The notes under the pieces are model-generated. The model saw only the letters and a program-made list of their open reading frames with translations. It made no database searches and was not told the origin of the DNA. Shown here in pieces: positions 60,649-64,000 of a DNA stretch of 64,000 nt; positions within the stretch are counted from its first letter, which is position 1; each line of letters begins with the position of its first letter. Made by a program: the position numbers and the translations under genes. The DNA is from Promethearchaeota archaeon (GTDB taxonomy: Archaea; Asgardarchaeota; Lokiarchaeia; Sigyniarchaeales; SOKP01), in assembly GCA_048939995.1 (NCBI GenBank), contig JBHLOY010000011.1, forward strand, positions 32,001 through 96,000, written 5' to 3'.

Positions 60649-61554
60649 TCACTTCTTCTTACTTGGAATTTTAGGTAATTCTCTTTTTCCAGACTTAGGT
60701 TTTTCTTCTACGCTTTTTTGTGTTTCTTTTTTTTTTAAAACCTCAATTGCTTCTATTATCCCTTTTTTTTGATCAAAATAGATCCTAAACTGATGGTTAT
60801 CTAGTATCATTACTTCTTTTGGGAGTTTTTTAACTTCTTCCCACGTAATGTCTACCACACTTTTTCCAAACACTTCTACTTCTTTAGAAACAGCTCCATA
60901 AAGAGAATGTCCTAAAATTAAATTTTGTCTCTCATAATTATTTGGAACCTCTAATTCTAAGATCTTCTTTTTTATCTTTTCTCTCTCCTCTTCTGATAAG
61001 TCTGTTTTTTTTTTCACATAAGGTGTTTTTCCAAGTTGAGCATTTGATCTCTTTGCTTGGGGAGTTCCCAAAGCAAATGAAGAGATAACTGTATTATTTG
61101 TTATATCCTCTAAACCAGGAGAATAGTAATTCTCTTTTACATTGCTCCTATCTAGTTTATCAATGCGTTCCAACTGTTGTTTTTCAATATTTCGGACATA
61201 ACGCATATCTGGTAATCGCTCTTTCACTTCCATTGACTCCAACTTAAATGCATTCAGAAATTCTTGCAACTCATCACCTTGATCGATAGAAACAATTTTA
61301 CATCTATGATATCGTGGATCAGTTATAAGTTCTTTTTGTAATTCTTGGGCAACTTTTGAACTAATAAACCTTTTCCTTACAGGAGATTTTGAGCCTTTCC
61401 ATATATAAATTCTTCTTAAATCTTCGCGTATAATAATCAAAACTTGTTCAGGACTTAGATGAGTTTGAAGCTCTTCTTGCTTTATCTTAAGTTTTTTGCG
61501 TTCTCCAGTGTTTTCTAAATCAAATACTATGAATTCATCGTACACTTCTGCCAT
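60649..61554 (-). CDS. Asgard gelsolin-domain protein (single gelsolin domain plus C-terminal domain)
   Basis: EQVLIII...IYIWKGSKS...AQEL...IVSIDQGDE..EF is the gelsolin repeat signature. Confidence 0.82.
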   Translation of the reverse strand: MAEVYDEFIVFDLENTGERKKLKIKQEELQTHLSPEQVLIIIREDLRRIYIWKGSKSPVRKRFISSKVAQELQKELITDPRYHRCKIVSIDQGDELQEFLNAFKLESMEVKERLPDMRYVRNIEKQQLERIDKLDRSNVKENYYSPGLEDITNNTVISSFALGTPQAKRSNAQLGKTPYVKKKTDLSEEEREKIKKKILELEVPNNYERQNLILGHSLYGAVSKEVEVFGKSVVDITWEEVKKLPKEVMILDNHQFRIYFDQKKGIIEAIEVLKKKETQKSVEEKPKSGKRELPKIPSKKK

Positions 61555-61700
61555 ACGTAATTCCCTATTTTTTAAGTTCCAATAATTATTAAAAAATAAG
61601 TAAATTGTTTAGTTTACCAAAATATAAAATTACTAAAATAAAAATTTATTTAATCAACTAAATGGGTAAAACTATATCTTATATACATTCTGTAAATTGT

Positions 61701-62501
61701 TTAGAAGGGTCTTGGAAATCTTCCACCTCTTCGTATAGGACCTCTCCAAATGGGTCCCGGTCTAAATCCTGGTCCCATTCCCATTGTATCATGCAAAACA
61801 TTATCTATAGATAATACAAATCCTACTAGGATGCGACGATCAGTTTCATTATCTAAGATTTTTAAAGCATAACTATCTGCGAAGTCGAAAACCCCTCCTA
61901 GGAAGACATCACGCCATCGGTCTGCCTTTTCGATTTCTGCAACCAACTTTTGTGATGCAACTTCAAAGATCTTAAATGACCATCCCATAAAATCACCCTC
62001 AGCGGTATACCATCTCTGTCCAGAAGGATCTTCAAGATAGAACACATTTCGAAAGAAAGTTAAAATCTTTCTTTTTATTCTTGCAATCAAATTCCCTGAA
62101 TGATCTTTTAAATCTTGGGCTCCCCGAGCTGAAATAATTTTACTATGGATTGTAGCTGCAACAGTTCCGTCAACTTCTTGAAGCTCAACTCGACGTCTAA
62201 TGCTGAAAATGACTCTATTCATCTTCCCAATTAACTTTCCCTTCTCATCCATTATATCACCAAATCCCATGTCCCACATTCGTTCTTTAATCAAATAGTA
62301 ATTCCTACTAATATCAAATAAGCTTGCTCCTTCAAGTTGTGATGGTTTAGAAACAGTATTCTCTTTTTTGGGCTTAGAATTCTTCCCCTCCTCTTCTTTA
62401 ATTGGTCTCCTTAATTCAGATCCACATTTTTCGCAATATTTTTGATCATTGTTAGCTATTTTTTCACCACAGTTCTGACAAAACATCTCTTTTGACTCCA
62501 A
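61701..62501 (-). CDS. Zinc ribbon plus LURP-one/scramblase (tubby C-like) domain with a Gly/Arg/Pro-rich tail
   Basis: CQNCG...CEKCG; beta-barrel repeat pattern; EGDFMGWSF; DSYAL...VLSID. Confidence 0.78.
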   Translation of the reverse strand: MESKEMFCQNCGEKIANNDQKYCEKCGSELRRPIKEEEGKNSKPKKENTVSKPSQLEGASLFDISRNYYLIKERMWDMGFGDIMDEKGKLIGKMNRVIFSIRRRVELQEVDGTVAATIHSKIISARGAQDLKDHSGNLIARIKRKILTFFRNVFYLEDPSGQRWYTAEGDFMGWSFKIFEVASQKLVAEIEKADRWRDVFLGGVFDFADSYALKILDNETDRRILVGFVLSIDNVLHDTMGMGPGFRPGPIWRGPIRRGGRFPRPF

Positions 62502-62632
62502 TTGAAAATCTTTTATTATATTTAAGCAAGAAAAGGTAACTTAAATTAATAAATTTAAGGATGGCAGGTAAAGGAAATTTTTTAATAAACTAAGCTTTTA
62601 TTTATAATAAAAATATTATTAATTACTACTTT

Positions 62633-63406
62633 ATGTCTACTATTCCGAAGTTATTAAAACTGAAAGATTATATTACATTGGTTGGTACTACCTTAGGAGT
62701 GCTTGCTATTATCTATGCTTGCGTAGGGTTGCGTGATGCAATATCTTTCGGCTTTTTTCTTATTACCATTTCTCTTGGTACCGATTTGATCGATGGATAT
62801 ATTGCTCGAAAAACAGGTACAGTAAATGAGATGGGAAAACATCTTGATTCATTAAGTGATAGTTTAACATTTGGAATTGCTCCAGCAATTTTAGTTTTTC
62901 AAGCCTTTAAAAGGGGGAATCCTTATGATATAGTGGTATTAATAGCATGTATTCTTTTTGCCATGGGTGCTATGTTAAGATTGGCTAGATTTAATCTACA
63001 AGAAGGAAAAGGTTATACTGGAGTTCCAAGCCCCGCAAGTGCTTTATTGATGATTGCATATTTTTATGCCAATTATTTTTATTCATTTGCAATAGGAGGA
63101 ATTAACCATCCTTTTCTTGAAATAGCCTATTATGCAATTCCTTTTTTCTTAGTGTTTATTGGCTGGTTGAATATAACAACTCATATTACATTTGGAGAAA
63201 AAGGAAGAACTACGTATATAATTATTATTCTATTTGCTCCCTCTTGTCCTGTTTTTGGTATTATTGGAATTTTGAACCCAAATTTTGTGATATCAATTAT
63301 AGCTGCTATATTTTTCATTAGCTCTTTTTTTGGGTTAATAATTTATATTGTTTACAGATTTTTCCATAAATTTTTCGCTGCAAAAAGAGATAATGTTGCT
63401 GCTTAA
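62633..63406 (+). CDS. pssA: CDP-alcohol phosphatidyltransferase (archaetidylserine synthase-like)
   Basis: DLIDGYIAR...GKHLDSLSD..TFGIAP, LRLARFN and GVPSPA. Confidence 0.82.
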   Translation: MSTIPKLLKLKDYITLVGTTLGVLAIIYACVGLRDAISFGFFLITISLGTDLIDGYIARKTGTVNEMGKHLDSLSDSLTFGIAPAILVFQAFKRGNPYDIVVLIACILFAMGAMLRLARFNLQEGKGYTGVPSPASALLMIAYFYANYFYSFAIGGINHPFLEIAYYAIPFFLVFIGWLNITTHITFGEKGRTTYIIIILFAPSCPVFGIIGILNPNFVISIIAAIFFISSFFGLIIYIVYRFFHKFFAAKRDNVAA

Positions 63407-63411
63407 GAATA

Positions 63412-64000
63412 TTATAGAATACGCTTCTTCCATTCTTCAATATTTGTAATAATTTCTCTTACATTATCTGGAGTTAAAAGGGCTATTTGTTCTTTGTATT
63501 TATTTATCGTACTTCTTAGTTTATGAAGTGTAACCGAAAATCCCTTTTTTTCTAAAATCAAATCTGCGACTTTTTGCAACTCCATACTAAATTCTTTTCC
63601 ATTGAATGTTCCCAATTTCTGTATTAAGGTATTAAATGCATTATTTATTAAATTGGAGGACTCATCTAATACTTTAGGAGCTATTTTTGACATAAATTCG
63701 GAATGTTGCTGAACTTGTTGAGGTAAATGTATATCTGCCATTCCTTTAAGGGGAACTTCCTGTGGTGGTGGTCTTTTAGGCCATTTTTCTTGAATTGGTT
63801 TTGCTTCTTGAATATCTAATGTTTTGGGAACATTTACACTTCCAGTTTCTTGTTTTATGGGTTTTGTACTAGAAATATATTTTGGAACATGTGGCATTTC
63901 AGTAGCTGCATTTATCCACATTGACTCTATGAAGGGGGTCAATAACTCGATAAAGGGCTTATAGGTTGTGCTAATACCTACGAAATTATTAAGTACGTTT
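63412..64000 (-). CDS. 3' part of a larger hypothetical protein that starts outside the window
   Basis: The frame stays open upstream of TTG 63942 to the window edge (NVLNNFVGISTTYKPFIELLTPFIESMW), then a Pro-rich linker and a helical C-terminal domain. Confidence 0.7.
   Translation of the reverse strand, partial: NVLNNFVGISTTYKPFIELLTPFIESMWINAATEMPHVPKYISSTKPIKQETGSVNVPKTLDIQEAKPIQEKWPKRPPPQEVPLKGMADIHLPQQVQQHSEFMSKIAPKVLDESSNLINNAFNTLIQKLGTFNGKEFSMELQKVADLILEKKGFSVTLHKLRSTINKYKEQIALLTPDNVREIITNIEEWKKRIL

Overview
AT-rich, gene-dense archaeal chromosomal segment. The gene content points strongly to an Asgard archaeon, most likely Lokiarchaeia: gelsolin-domain protein, Rab-like and MglA-like small GTPases, roadblock and longin-like proteins, three JAMM/MPN proteins, a SIR2-TPR protein and HdrABC/MvhD. 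This taxonomy is inferred from protein families, not from a database search. I found no rRNA, tRNA, CRISPR array or transposase. Housekeeping and metabolic genes (mobA, iscU, copA, hisK, hdrCB, hdrA-mvhD, fbaB, pssA, transporters) are interleaved with eukaryote-signature and unknown genes. Strongest leads: (1) a tandem MPN+/MPN- (active/pseudo-JAMM) coiled-coil pair resembling Rpn11/Rpn8 or BRCC36/Abraxas, in a locus with a third JAMM, an AAA+-vWA protein, an ATP-grasp enzyme and a roadblock protein; (2) a candidate signalling trio of NPRL2-like longin-winged-helix protein, stand-alone 7TM protein and MglA-like GTPase; (3) a 57-aa (DEDE[D/E]W)5 acidic microprotein missed by the ORF track; (4) a roughly 185-nt multi-stem candidate ncRNA; (5) several genes that apparently start at CTG, ATC or ATA; (6) a nested metal-binding microprotein at the 3' end of copA.
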